A DNA stretch of 63,978 nucleotides, counting the filler, from Ionaspis alba (taxonomy: Eukaryota), in NCBI GenBank assembly GCA_964255285.1. It is 19 parts of 19 records of this genome, joined end to end, with 100 filler letters (N's around TTAATTAATTAA, not from the genome) between each part and the next. Parts side by side here need not be neighbours in the genome. Positions count along the whole stretch, not along the records: positions 24,323 to 27,625 come from CAXUUL010001214.1; positions 27,726 to 31,014 come from CAXUUL010001215.1; positions 31,115 to 34,396 come from CAXUUL010001216.1; positions 34,497 to 37,767 come from CAXUUL010001217.1; 15 more parts are not named here. One strand, given 5' to 3'. Positions within the stretch are counted from its first letter, which is position 1. The number at the start of each line of letters is the position of its first letter. A program made the position numbers and the translations under genes. Shown here piece after piece: positions 24,323 through 35,481 of the stretch. The notes beneath the pieces are model-generated. The model ran no database searches and was not told the DNA's origin. It worked only from the letters and a program-made list of their open reading frames with translations.

Positions 24323-25286
24323 GGGTTGAGAGTGGGGGCTTGGGAGGGTTTGCGTGGCAAGGGTGGAGGTTTGAGAATGGTCGTTGGGGATTGGTCTTCG
24401 AGAGGTATGGGACCGTCGTGGGGGGGCACGAGAGTGGCTGAGGGGAATGAGTTGTTGCTGTCGGCTTGGAAGCCACGGAAGCGGAGCTTGACGTAGATGT
24501 AGATGGCGAGGTAGAGGCCGGTGATTGTGAGAATGATGAGGTAGCGAGGGATCCAAGCTAAAGCGAGGCGATACCAGTAGGGTCGGACGGGGAGGTAGCA
24601 GAAGGTGCCGGAGTTGATGTAGGGGCTTGCAGGGTTGATGAAAGCGAGGGAGGCCATGAGTGTAGGGAAGGCAATCCAGAGGGCGTAGACTAGGTAGCGA
24701 TATTGATAAAGGCCGGCTTCGCCTACTGAGGTGTTGGGACGAAAGATGTAAAGGGCGGCGTGGACGGCAATGGTCAGGATGGCGAAGTCTTATATGTTCG
24801 GTCAGTTACTGATGCGACAGGAGATTGGATATGGGTGTAGCAATGTACCCGAAGACTCGAGACCAAAAGCAAGGAAGAAGCCGGAAGCTTGACAGAACGG
24901 AGATGCCGTAGGGATCCCGCCCGTTGCAAGAGAGACGATTGGAAAGATCAAGAAGCAAAGAGCCTTGAACATTTCACTCTGAATCAGAAGCATGATCAAA
25001 CTGTCCCATGTGTTAGTACCTCTACCTCTATCAACAATAACGTTCTTTGCAGAGTGTCTCACTGATGTCGAAACGTCTTCCTCATCCGTAAAAACCAGTA
25101 GCAAGCGGTAAGCCCTGCGATAACGCTGATCGAAGCACTGGCGATGGATAGTGCTTGGATGATTAAGATCTGCCGGTCTGACAAATTGCCATTCTTTCCC
25201 ATCACATCTCCCAGTCCTCTCTTCTCTATCATCGCTGCTGGCATATGGAGTGGCTCATAAGCCATACTGCTGCTGATTGGCGCCAT
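24323..25286 (-). CDS. Git3/Gpr1-family (class III, carbon-sensing) GPCR, spliced, 3'-truncated
   Basis: YWFLRMRKTFRH/LIMLLIQS, FCQASGF, IAVHAALYIF, MASLAFIN, and FCYLPVRPYWYRLALAWIPRY, as in GprC/GprD/GPR-4. Confidence 0.9.
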
Positions 25287-25778
25287 GATGGCTCAGTTGG
25301 TATCTATGATCTTTCGCGACTTTCGCAACAGTCGATCACGAACAGAGGTGACACCCGGAGGGACAAAGACATGGTTGAGCAGTGAGTGGAGATGTAGGAG
25401 ATGCTCGATTGCAACTGCCGCAATGCTGGAAAAGGGAAGAAGAAGTGGAAAAGGAAAGAGCTTAACCGTAACCAGGACGATGAAGCTACATTCCAGTGCG
25501 TGCTCCGTCCAGAGGCATTTTCAGGAAAGATGATAAGATGTACACAGAGACTGCAACCAACCCAACAATTCGACGTGGGTCTCCAACAAAGTCGTGAGGT
25601 CATTCACGGCCTGCCGATGACTAGAAAAGAATGAAAAGAGGAAGACTAAGAAGAAGTGGATGTTGTAGCTGTTAATACTACAGACAAGGAAGGAGAGAGA
25701 CCCCATCAATAACTCCCGTGTAACGTCATTTCAGTCTCCTTGATATCCCCTTGCATTATCGAGCCGCCTCCTGCCGAA

Positions 25779-25878
25779 NNNNNNNNNNNNNNNNNNNNNN
25801 NNNNNNNNNNNNNNNNNNNNNNNNNNNNNNNNNNNNNNNNNNNNNNNNNNNNNNNNNNNNNNNNNNNNNNNNNNNNNN
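25779..25878. other. Intra-scaffold assembly gap (100 N, no stop linker)
   Basis: The only N-run lacking TTAATTAATTAA. Confidence 0.9.
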
Positions 25879-26039
25879 TTCAGTGGATAGGACGGATATG
25901 TCAAGCAGAAAATGAAAAATGAAGACTGCTCGAGAAATGGTTTTGGATGCGCTGCTTGCAGATACAGCAAACGAATTACCTCCTCAAACACGACAAATAG
26001 CCAACACATACCTCACCCCTCCCCTCACATCCCACTTCT

Positions 26040-27473
26040 TCACGTTCCCGCATAAACCGCCGACTCAACATTAACCCACAACCCAATAACGTCCGGATCT
26101 ACAATCACCCCATTAGCCCGCGCCCCACCCGCACTCATATTCAAAGGTACAATCGCACTCACCACCAAACGGCAAAATCTGACTCGCCACCATACCCGCA
26201 ACTCCCTTCTCCCTATCACACCACCAAAACAAATTCGATAGCCCCGCCCAATGTCCCGTATTAGCGCCTCTGCCCGTCGCCCCCGGATGCACCGTCAACA
26301 TGAACGTCAACCCCCATCCCTGTTCCTGCTCCGGCGGCTGGGGATATAAGTCCGGAAGGGGATTCGAGTATTCGGGTTTCGCGCCCGGGATGCCTTGACG
26401 GCCGAAGTTGGGGAACTGGGGAATTTGGTTCGTGAACATGGTATCGACAGTGGAGGGTTGCAGGATCTGGACGGAGGTGGTGGGGGATGTGCCGTTGTTG
26501 AGGAGGGTGGCGAGGATTTCTGGGTTGGCTGGGGTCAGTGGAGGATTTCTTAGGGAATTGGTGGCTAGAAAGGTGGGTTGCTTACCGCAGTATTCGGTAG
26601 GCTTGCCGAAACAGCCTGCACCGGCGCTGTTGAAAACGTCTTTGATCTCGTCCCCTTCGGCCATGAGGCTGCGGTGGAGGACTTGATCGCGGCCTTGGAT
26701 TTTGCCGTCGATTTTGGAATGCATGTATGCCAGTCTACTCTTCATGGTGTCGCGTGGGAACATCGTCATCTCCTTGAGACCGAGGGGCTCGAAGATGTGT
26801 TTCTGGAAGTAATCGTTCAGACTCATCCCGGAGACGCGTTCGACTGCGGTGCCGGCCCAGTCGATGCCTGTTCCGTATTGCCAACGTTCGCCGGGTTCGA
26901 AGGTGAGGGGGAGCCTTTGGATGTCTTTGGAGGAACCGCTGAGTTCGTCTAGGCCGATAGGGAGAGTGGATTTCTTGAGGTCTTCATTGAAGAAGGTGTA
27001 TCCAAACCCAGCTATAGAACATTTCAGTTCAACAGATTTCCCGTGGAATACAGGATTCTAGGCAGACAGGTATGCGTCAACAACATCCTCAGCGTAATCC
27101 TCTTCTTCTTCTCCACCAACTCCGGCCTCCCCTTCTCATCTACACCCTTCAGAATCTTAACGTCCTTCAACTCGGGCAGAATCTTCTCCAGCGAATCTGC
27201 ATCATCGAGCGACAATTTTCCCTGCTCAACCAACTGCATCACCGCAATCCCTCCAATCATCTTCGTGCACGAGAATATCGAAAACACCGTATCCAGCGTC
27301 ATGGGATCTTTGGTCTCCACCCCTCTCATCCCACTAGCATGTTCGAAGATGGGCTTGCCATCTTTGCCGACAATGACAACGACGCAGCCCGGTATCTTGT
27401 TCGAATCCGCCGTAACTTTGTCAATGCTCTGGCGGAGGTCGGCTGCAGCAGAGTCGGAAAGTGTTTTGGGCAT
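26040..27473 (-). CDS. Beta-lactamase/transpeptidase-like serine hydrolase (LovD-like acyltransferase/esterase), 4 exons
   Basis: SxxK motif FSCTK, LRMLLTHT/AGFGY, WQYGTGIDWAG, YFQKHIFEPLG, and HWAGLSNLFWWCD. Confidence 0.92.
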
Positions 27474-28599
27474 TATGGGCCAAAGAAAGAATGGATGACA
27501 AGACAGATATTAGACAGCAGGAGAGAGAAACCAAAGGTATCAGGAACGGAGATTGCTTCAAGTAAGACCTTGAAGCCAGCAGAGGACTTTACATCTCGGG
27601 CAGAGCGGAAGTGTCCCCGCAAACGNNNNNNNNNNNNNNNNNNNNNNNNNNNNNNNNNNNNNNNNNNNNTTAATTAATTAANNNNNNNNNNNNNNNNNNN
27701 NNNNNNNNNNNNNNNNNNNNNNNNNGAGAAGAAGGAGAAGAAGGCCCGTCTTGCTTGTCCTTAACACTTTGGATATCGTGTCCACTGCTACATATGCTCA
27801 AGTGTGAGGAACTCAAAGAATGGGGACGTGACCTGCGCTTACCAGATTCTTCGAGAGTTTCTCGTGAAGCTTGTTTCGGGCCGTTATCGTCTCTGTGACA
27901 CCACCAGGATCGGGGTGCAGTTACGAAGACTTGAAAGATCCATCGCCCCATCACGAACCAGCAGTGACCTGTATTGGCCGGCATCATAGAATTTCGACGG
28001 GAGCAACCCTCCAGAAACATTGATGCCGGCGAGTGCCTTGTCCACGACGGCGGAGATGAGAAGCAGCGCATAGTGAGCATAAGCATACCATGCTCTCTGT
28101 TGGCTGCTCCATACTTTGGGGTCCCTGATCTCCTTTGACCAACCGTTGTTTGACGGGACAGGAGACTATCATCGTCAGAGCGTCAGAGGAAAGCCGATGT
28201 CCTTAATTCGTGAGCTGCAAAGCGAAGGTGATCAGAAGCAGGTACCTTGTGTCACAGTCTACCCTTGAAGAAGGCTCGCAGCCGGATTCCTATAGGAGTA
28301 GAGTGGTTTGCTCTATCATGAACGGAGACTGTATCGAACTTCCGATCTCCTTGGCCACGCTTGTAACCGCAAGAGATCACTTCAGCCCATGGGCCCTTCT
28401 TTTGCGTCCTCTTTCAAGTTATTGCCATAGAAGAGAATCGTGACAGGCGCCCAGGTGTGACTGGTGCGCGTTTGTCTGGACGTTTGCACGAAGAAGGATG
28501 GAGGTAGCCTGGGACTCTTCTGCAGACCCGATATCTCGCGGTAAGACATGTTGAGGAGGAAATTATGGCGATAAGCGACACTGCATCCATATCGCGCGA

Positions 28600-29600
28600 T
28601 GCTCGTCCTACGCAGAAGGGTTGCAAAAAATAATACTGCAGAGGAACGCGCAGAAGCTGCAGAAGCACTCTAGCTGAACGTTCTGGCGTCACAAACATTT
28701 GCACGTACTTTAAGCTGTGCCACAACCACTTATCGAAAGATCTCCAGGTGCAGACAGATGGATCATTAACCACTAAAAGATTCAATCACAAGTCCAAAGG
28801 GGAAGAAGCATCCCTCCCACCTTTGGCCTTAGGACGACTTCCAGCATTTGCTCTACCCTGCGGCTCAAGATCTTTCCGCGGTATGTGCCTCGCCTCAGCC
28901 ATCGAAGACCTCGCACGTACACTGTACCGGTGACCACTTACGAGCGAGAAAGACCTCGATCATACGAATGCTTTGCGGTGGAAAAAAGGGTCAAAGATAT
29001 CATGGAGCAATTGATGGGCATACCCGAAGCACAGCCCTAGTTGAATGAATGTAAGGAGTTGGAGTTCGAGAACCATCTTAATTCGTCGAGTAAAAGCACG
29101 GAAGAGCACAAAAGATACTGGAGCGACAAGAGAGATCGGGTGTCGGTCAGGCTTGCTTGGTTTACAACGTTGACGGAAGTTGTTCAACTATTGTCTATTC
29201 AAGAATCGGGAAAGAATGTGAACTTCAACGCTGATCGCTTAGTGGCGAGGAATTTGTGAAGGCATTCATTGTCGACCTTCGACGTGAAGGCTATATGTAT
29301 GATTGATTACAGTTGTCAGGGGGATCCGCCATTCCAGTCTATCTGGGAAACATGGGCCTCGAAAGGACGTATTTCCTGCATGTTGGAATCGAGATTATAC
29401 ACATGATGTTTATGGAGGCGGAAATCTATAAGATCCTACATCGTCTGTGCCACCAGAGCAACTGGACCACGAGAAGCAGCGATCGGTGAATGAAATCCGG
29501 CAGCTTGGGGTTCTGCGTAGGGACGACCGACTAGCCAATATGCTGTGGGACGAATCATGATAACAAGTGTTGCTGATTAACTTTGAGAGGTCGATAGATC
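28600..29600 (+). pseudogene. Degenerate, internally deleted Spok-family-like (coiled-coil / nuclease / kinase) gene relic
   Basis: Manual translation across frameshifts gives, in order: AEERAEAAEA; TNICTYFKLCHNHLSKDLQVQTDGSLTTK; SITSPKGKKHPSHLWP*DDF; PLTSEKDL/SYECFAVEKRVKDI...LEFENH; LRREGYMYD*LQLSGGSAIPVYLGNMGLERTYFLHVGIEIIHMMFM; EIRQLGVLRRDDRLANMLWDES**QVLLINFERS. The order matches Spok domain order as I recall it. Confidence 0.75.
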
Positions 29601-29857
29601 AGGCTGTGAAACGACCGAGGGACTCAAGACAAGTGTTACGAGAAGTCTGGCCCATTAAGAAGAGACGCATATATGCGGCAAAAAAGAGACTGAATGTAGA
29701 GCAGTGTGGGGGCTTAGCAATGGTATAATAATTAAAAGATTGCACTCTTTCATCGTCTCGGCAACATCCATTTCAGACCGCATGTCCCAGGTTCGCAAAC
29801 TTGGCATATATGGATACCCATTGCGTGGGTACCGAATTTTCTATTCGTCCGAGGATT

Positions 29858-30914
29858 TCATCTAGATAACGATTCATGTCGACATCGGCACTTATCGCAT
29901 CGAAGCATGGTCTTGCCAGAGCCAACATTCTCGAGATATCCGCCGAATTCTTGCCCGCAGTTTCGACAATGGCTATGATTACGAACGAGCTTGTACGCTT
30001 GATCAAGCTCGTCCTTCACGATTGAGACCTCTTCTTGAAGCAGGTCGATTTTCTTCTTGAGTCGAGAGACGTTTAGACTTTGCTCGTTGTTGACCCTTTC
30101 GAGATCAGCCACTTTCTCCTTCGACACCGTCCATGCAATCGGCTGATAGTCCATAAGAAGGTCGTCTAATGCAGGACATTCCTCGACTTCCTGCCAATTC
30201 TCAATACAAGATCTAAAAATTTGCGCGTTGAGTTCAAGGTCTTGTTCATTGACATGGGTGAGAGCCTCTTTCATCCCGTCGACAAAATTTGCCGCATCAA
30301 AACGTTTCTCCATGAGCTCGGTACATCGCTTGAGGGACTCTTCTTTGAGCTGTTGAACTTGGAGGAACTCTCCAAGGTTGTAGAGCTGGACGTTAAGAAG
30401 CAGCGCAGACCCGTCAAAGGTCCTCGCCGTATAGACATGATCCTCCAGATCCTGACCTACACCTGGGGAATCACAAACAGCATCTTCATTTTCCCGCACT
30501 GTTTCTTGGGTGGAGCTTCCAGCTTCCTGTGCAAAAATGTTGTGGATCCTTTGAGTAGTATTCTCCGGTATCACTAAGGGACCGTCATCGTAGGTACCTG
30601 TATAAAGAAATTCAAGGGCCTTTTCAAATATTTCTGCGTCGGTCTCCTTCAACGAGGCCTGTTTCGCAATGCCTTCCTGTAACCAAGGGTTAGTTGCAGG
30701 AATCCAAGGTCGGACTAGGGTTCACCTCGAAATTAGAGTCGCAAAGAACCTCCAAAAATTTTGACTGAGGGCAGATGATTGATCGATGCAACTTGAATTG
30801 ACGACCTCCGCATTCAATAATGAAGTCGGAATATTTGCCGGTTTCTAGCAACTGCTTGTTCCGTTCACCAAATAGACATATACCACGAATCACACCATTT
30901 TCTGAGATAGACAT
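29858..30914 (-). CDS. BTB/POZ-domain protein with C-terminal coiled coil and CxxC...CxxC motif, spliced
   Basis: GKYSDFIIECGGRQFKLHRSIICPQSKFL...NFE/E; FEKALEFLYTGTY; VQLYNLGEFLQVQQLK; tail HCRNCGQEF...LRCDKCRCRH. Confidence 0.88.
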
Positions 30915-31852
30915 GTTGACAAAGTGTACTGCAAAGCACTTTAAACTTCAGGAGTATCCAAATAGACCCTGGTAATTTGCGAGACGTAACATTCGGAGAA
31001 ATAGACAAGATTGANNNNNNNNNNNNNNNNNNNNNNNNNNNNNNNNNNNNNNNNNNNNTTAATTAATTAANNNNNNNNNNNNNNNNNNNNNNNNNNNNNN
31101 NNNNNNNNNNNNNNTGCCCAATAAGGAGGTAATAGTGCTGATGACGCCGATGATTTGCCTCTAGAGCGGACATGAAGCTAGCGCGATGCAAAACCATATG
31201 GCATATCAACCACCCAAATCCCTACGTCTGGACAATGAGCCAATTACCGGCGGCATCATCGCTGTTGTGGATGCGCCATTGCCTTATTGTCGCCTCACAT
31301 CCCTGCGTCCACGCGACGCTCCACTCTCAAGGCAAGATTTAGGCACTTATCGAACCACTCAGCACTCAGGAGCAATTAGGGACCGAAATCGGAGATTTCC
31401 TCACTTCGAGGCCGAGGGTCGGATTCGCCCATGTATTGGCTGTTAGTAGGACCGTCGCCGCAACCATCCGAAGAACCTTAAGATTTCGAGGCCGTGTGGG
31501 CACGGGCACCACCACTTTGCTGCGAACGGCCGACCATTGGTAGATCAGCCCGTTATTGGCAAGAAAACGTGACTATTGTACTACCGAACTGGCTACCGGC
31601 TTGGTACGTATGTGGAGTTTCCTGGGTTAGACGGACACTTGCACAGAACATCAGTGAGATCGTTCCAGCCCAATCCCAGCCGCCCTGCAGCTGTACGCAT
31701 CCCATATTTATTTGCACACACGCTGACAGGCACACCAGAGCGTGCGAATACTTTTTCGACTACTGTCCGGTAACAGCCAATCTGAATCGCCAGCCTACTC
31801 CCGCGAGCGCTGATTTGGTGGGCGGAGTGCTGCAGGTCAGGAGGGCAGGGGG

Positions 31853-31904
31853 GTCGACCATCGTCGACCACCGTCGACCCCCGTCGACCCCGTCGAACCC
31901 CGTC
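31853..31904. repeat. Short tandem array of about 10-bp units centred on the palindrome GTCGAC
   Basis: GTCGAC at 31853, 31863, 31873 and 31883, followed by two degenerate copies (gtcgaa, gtcaat). Confidence 0.85.
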
Positions 31905-32207
31905 AATCTCCATCACCCCCCTGCCAGTGTGGACTTGCCTTGTCTTGAATAAACTGAAGCGAATACTCAGCACGGATTCCGGACGAAGTGGCAGACTGGC
32001 GATTCCCATGAGTCGTGGGGCAACGAGTATTTCATCCGTGAGAATTCCCTCTTACTTTACACACAACCAAAGCATTGCAGATTTGGGATAAACGCATTTA
32101 TCTGGACTTGGCTACCTCCAAATATCATTTTACTCTACCACACACTCAAAACATTCCTCGCTATTTCGCTGTGCTCCGACCTCGCCACTTTTCTCCTCGT
32201 CGCAAAC

Positions 32208-32584
32208 ATGTCGTAAGACTCCTGTGTCGTTATTTTCACAACAAACTCCCATCCTTTTGGCTGCTGGTGTACTTGAATCTGATATTTTCGCCCATCAATG
32301 TAGGCCTCCCACAGGAAACAACAACAATAACAACAGTGGCAACGGCTACGCCGCCCATCAGCATCACGGAACTCCAAATGCGAGCATGCAGCAGTACCAT
32401 GCAGAGTACGATCCATATCGTGCATTTCTTCTTCAACAGCAAGCAGCGCGGGAGGAGGCTGCCCGTGCTATGAAGCAGTATGACAATGCGTTCAAAGCAG
32501 CGGGTGGAACGAAGTGTATGTTGTCCCCAACCTCCGTTGCCATACTGTATCGCTCACGATGTCCAAGACCAAGGGAAGCTTTGA
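32208..32584 (+). CDS. Putative 77-aa N/Q/A-rich microprotein; exons 32208-32212, 32304-32515, 32568-32584
   Basis: Canonical GTAAGA...TAG and GTATGT...GCTCAC...AAG introns give MSPPTGNNNNNNSGNGYAAHQHH...AAREEAARAMKQYDNAFKAAGGTKYQGKL*. Confidence 0.55.
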
Positions 32585-32772
32585 GGCTAGGTGATGTTGC
32601 CCAGAATCACGCAGTACCTGGTGCTTCTGTTGGGCATGTAGATGAGTGACGCCGATATGGGATAGACAAAAGAGCGGAGGCGCCTTGGACAGGATGGACT
32701 TGGAGGATACCCAGGGGTTGTACTGATAGAGTTCAGGATATGTTTCGTCATTTCGTGCGATCCAAATCGATC

Positions 32773-34182
32773 TTATCGACTATTCATTTCCAGATCCTTT
32801 GGTGCTTTTGTATGCAATCTTCCACTGAATTTGCGTTTCATTCTTTCTTCTGTCATGCGAAACGCTCTTGGAAACCACTGGTCTTGCTCTTCTTCATTGC
32901 AATCATTCATGATCTCAACCAACGCTTTCGCGGCAAGAAAACACAAAACCATGCCATGTCCTTGGAAAGACGCAGAGATGTATAAACCCTTCTCGTCAGG
33001 GACCTCTCCGACAAACGGAAAGCCATCAGCGCTGTATCCCATGATGCCGGACCATGCGTGACGAAGTCTTCCGGCAGGATCATCGTCGCCCCAGTTGGAT
33101 CCGAAGAAGTCCAGTGTACTGTCACAGAGATAACTGATGATGGCAGGGTCGGTCGCAGTATCGTCTGTTGTGCCATACTCGTACAAGCCATCCTCATCGG
33201 CTTTTGTCAGCCCGCCACCGATGACGATGTCACCCGCGAAAGTCGAACCCACAGGCCTCGATATCATATAGTCATACCCAGCGGCATAGATGAAAGAATA
33301 AGTCGCTGCCAGTCCTTCCTTTGGTATGCGGGTCCCAGTTCTATGCGCAGTAACCTGGCCTCGGAGAGGGACAACCACACCTTGCAGATGAGGGACAAGG
33401 TGCGCGATATAACCATTCGTCGCAAGAACCACTCTTTTCGATTCGATGGTCCCTCGTGGTGTTTTAACAACCCATGTCTTGCTCACTTTCTTCACTGACA
33501 ATGCAGCAGTTTCCGTCTGAAGATTCAGACCTTTCTCGATCGCCATTCCAAGCAGGCCGACGACGAACCTGTAAGCACTCAGACTCCCCGCCTCGTACGA
33601 TACAGCTCCGATCGCACCTTCCGTCAAGAACATCTTCTCGGCTTCAGCACTGGACCAGAATTGATATTGCGCAGCAGGATCATCCTCCCCAAGTACCCTC
33701 TGGATCTCCGCGACCGCCTCTTTCGCCAACTGCCACTGTCCCTCATCGTAGATGACATCGACTGTGTCACCCTCCCAACTATCACATTCGATATCCTTCT
33801 CCCTGGCGAAAGCATGCACAGCCTTCATGCAGGAGTACTCAAACCTTGCCATCTTCGCCGCCTCTTCCTCCCCGAGCGCTCGCACGTTCTCGAGAAACGA
33901 TCGATACGAAGCACATTTCGTATGCCCACCGTTCCTTCCCGTCGCACCACTGCACGCCGTCCTAGCCTCAAGCATCACCACCGATGGCGGCTGAGGACGC
34001 GACAGAAGCTCATAGGCTACAGTCGCGCCGGTAATCCCCGAGCCAACAATAATGACATCCGCCGACGATGGGAACTCGACCGTCGTGCGATGAGTTGCAA
34101 GCGAGGCTGGAGGCGTCTGCCAGTAGGAAGACGTGGGATTCGGTCGTGGCAGACCCGGTGGGATGGCAGCACGCTGCTCCAT
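32773..34182 (-). CDS. FAD-dependent oxidoreductase, DAO family (gamma-glutamylputrescine oxidase-like), intronless
   Basis: IIVGSGITG, CSGATGRNGGH, VVLATNGY, WSGIMGYSADGFPFVG and FQGHGM; first ATG at 34182. Confidence 0.92.
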   Translation of the reverse strand: MEQRAAIPPGLPRPNPTSSYWQTPPASLATHRTTVEFPSSADVIIVGSGITGATVAYELLSRPQPPSVVMLEARTACSGATGRNGGHTKCASYRSFLENVRALGEEEAAKMARFEYSCMKAVHAFAREKDIECDSWEGDTVDVIYDEGQWQLAKEAVAEIQRVLGEDDPAAQYQFWSSAEAEKMFLTEGAIGAVSYEAGSLSAYRFVVGLLGMAIEKGLNLQTETAALSVKKVSKTWVVKTPRGTIESKRVVLATNGYIAHLVPHLQGVVVPLRGQVTAHRTGTRIPKEGLAATYSFIYAAGYDYMISRPVGSTFAGDIVIGGGLTKADEDGLYEYGTTDDTATDPAIISYLCDSTLDFFGSNWGDDDPAGRLRHAWSGIMGYSADGFPFVGEVPDEKGLYISASFQGHGMVLCFLAAKALVEIMNDCNEEEQDQWFPRAFRMTEERMKRKFSGRLHTKAPKDLEMNSR

Positions 34183-35280
34183 GGCGACCTGACCGCGTCG
34201 CGGTCCCTCTCGGAGCAAGTCTGGGTCGGATTAACGCCCCGAAGGACGATTCCAGCGTGATGCTACATGATGATGAGGAGGAAAGGAGGGTCTGACGTTG
34301 GGAATTGGGCTTCGATGCGAAGTGCGAGGACAGCCTTGTGCGGCTGAAGTGTCCTGATGGAATGGGTTTAGCTGCTGCGGTGTCGGCAGCGAGCCTNNNN
34401 NNNNNNNNNNNNNNNNNNNNNNNNNNNNNNNNNNNNNNNNTTAATTAATTAANNNNNNNNNNNNNNNNNNNNNNNNNNNNNNNNNNNNNNNNNNNNGGGT
34501 TGTGGTGGGGGGGAGGGCGTAGAGGTGGCGGATTGTGCATTGGGTTATCACTGGAAGAGCCTGGTAAGTCAAAGCTGGTGGTAGGGGCTGCAAGGAGGAA
34601 AACTGGGGGAAAAGTGGAAGAGTCACGCACTGGGTTTCACCTGGCCGTGGAGGGTCCGCTCAAGGCTGGCGACAATTTCCATTTTGAAACGTGAAGTATC
34701 TTGTAGCATTTGCGCGTCGACTAGAAGCGTGTATTAGTCTGATGAGTCCGGTAAGGGAGCTTTTGCAGGATGGGCTGTACTCAGGATTTGATACGGTTCT
34801 CGGAAGCCGAATGTCAGACCGTATTGCTGCATCAGCTTTCGGTACTGCTTGGACCGTTTCCCCCTCATTTTGTATGGATAGAGTAATATTGAAGACTTTA
34901 AGCTGGTAGCTCAATTGGGGCTCTTTACAGGTAGGCGAAGATCTTTTTCGCTTCTGCCGCGCTAGGTTTCTTCTTGAGGAGGGGCGTGAACGTTATCCCA
35001 TTGAATTAAAAGATGTCCCGTTCTATCTCATGTAGCCGCACGATCAGGGTCAGCACATGGCCTTCACCGCTCTGACACCAAGCCTCATCTCTGTTATCGC
35101 ATCATGAGATGCCCCACGATAGAACTGCCTGCGCTTAGATGCGGCAGAGGTGACGTACGGTTTGGAGAATTTTAAGATTTTCTGTCTAGTGGTCCGAGCT
35201 GCCGGATAAGGGTTAGGAGTTGGTTGGATAAGACGAGTGCGGAATGTCTTGCGCTTTGAAGACCAATATAAATGTTTCCT

Positions 35281-35287
35281 TGACTCA
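35281..35287 (+). promoter_or_regulatory. Candidate Gcn4/CpcA binding site TGACTCA about 200 bp upstream of ARO8
   Basis: Exact consensus heptamer upstream of an amino-acid metabolism gene; a single heptamer can occur by chance. Confidence 0.35.
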
Positions 35288-35481
35288 TCTTTCCTCTCCC
35301 TGCACCATTTTGTCTAAAGATTGATTTTCATTACCAACATAGAGGCCACCTGATCTATATATGTATATTCTTCTTTGTCAATTGGTCTAGCAAGTATCTC
35401 CTACCTTTATATATAGACTCAATTGCTGTTGTCTTTCCCATTATCCTTTCAGTGTTAAACTACTTCTCTCTTCTGTGAATC

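Noticed and set aside
26040..27473. Beta-lactamase as an antibiotic-resistance or horizontally acquired gene
   Set aside because: It contains spliceosomal introns and belongs to the widespread fungal LovD/esterase family.
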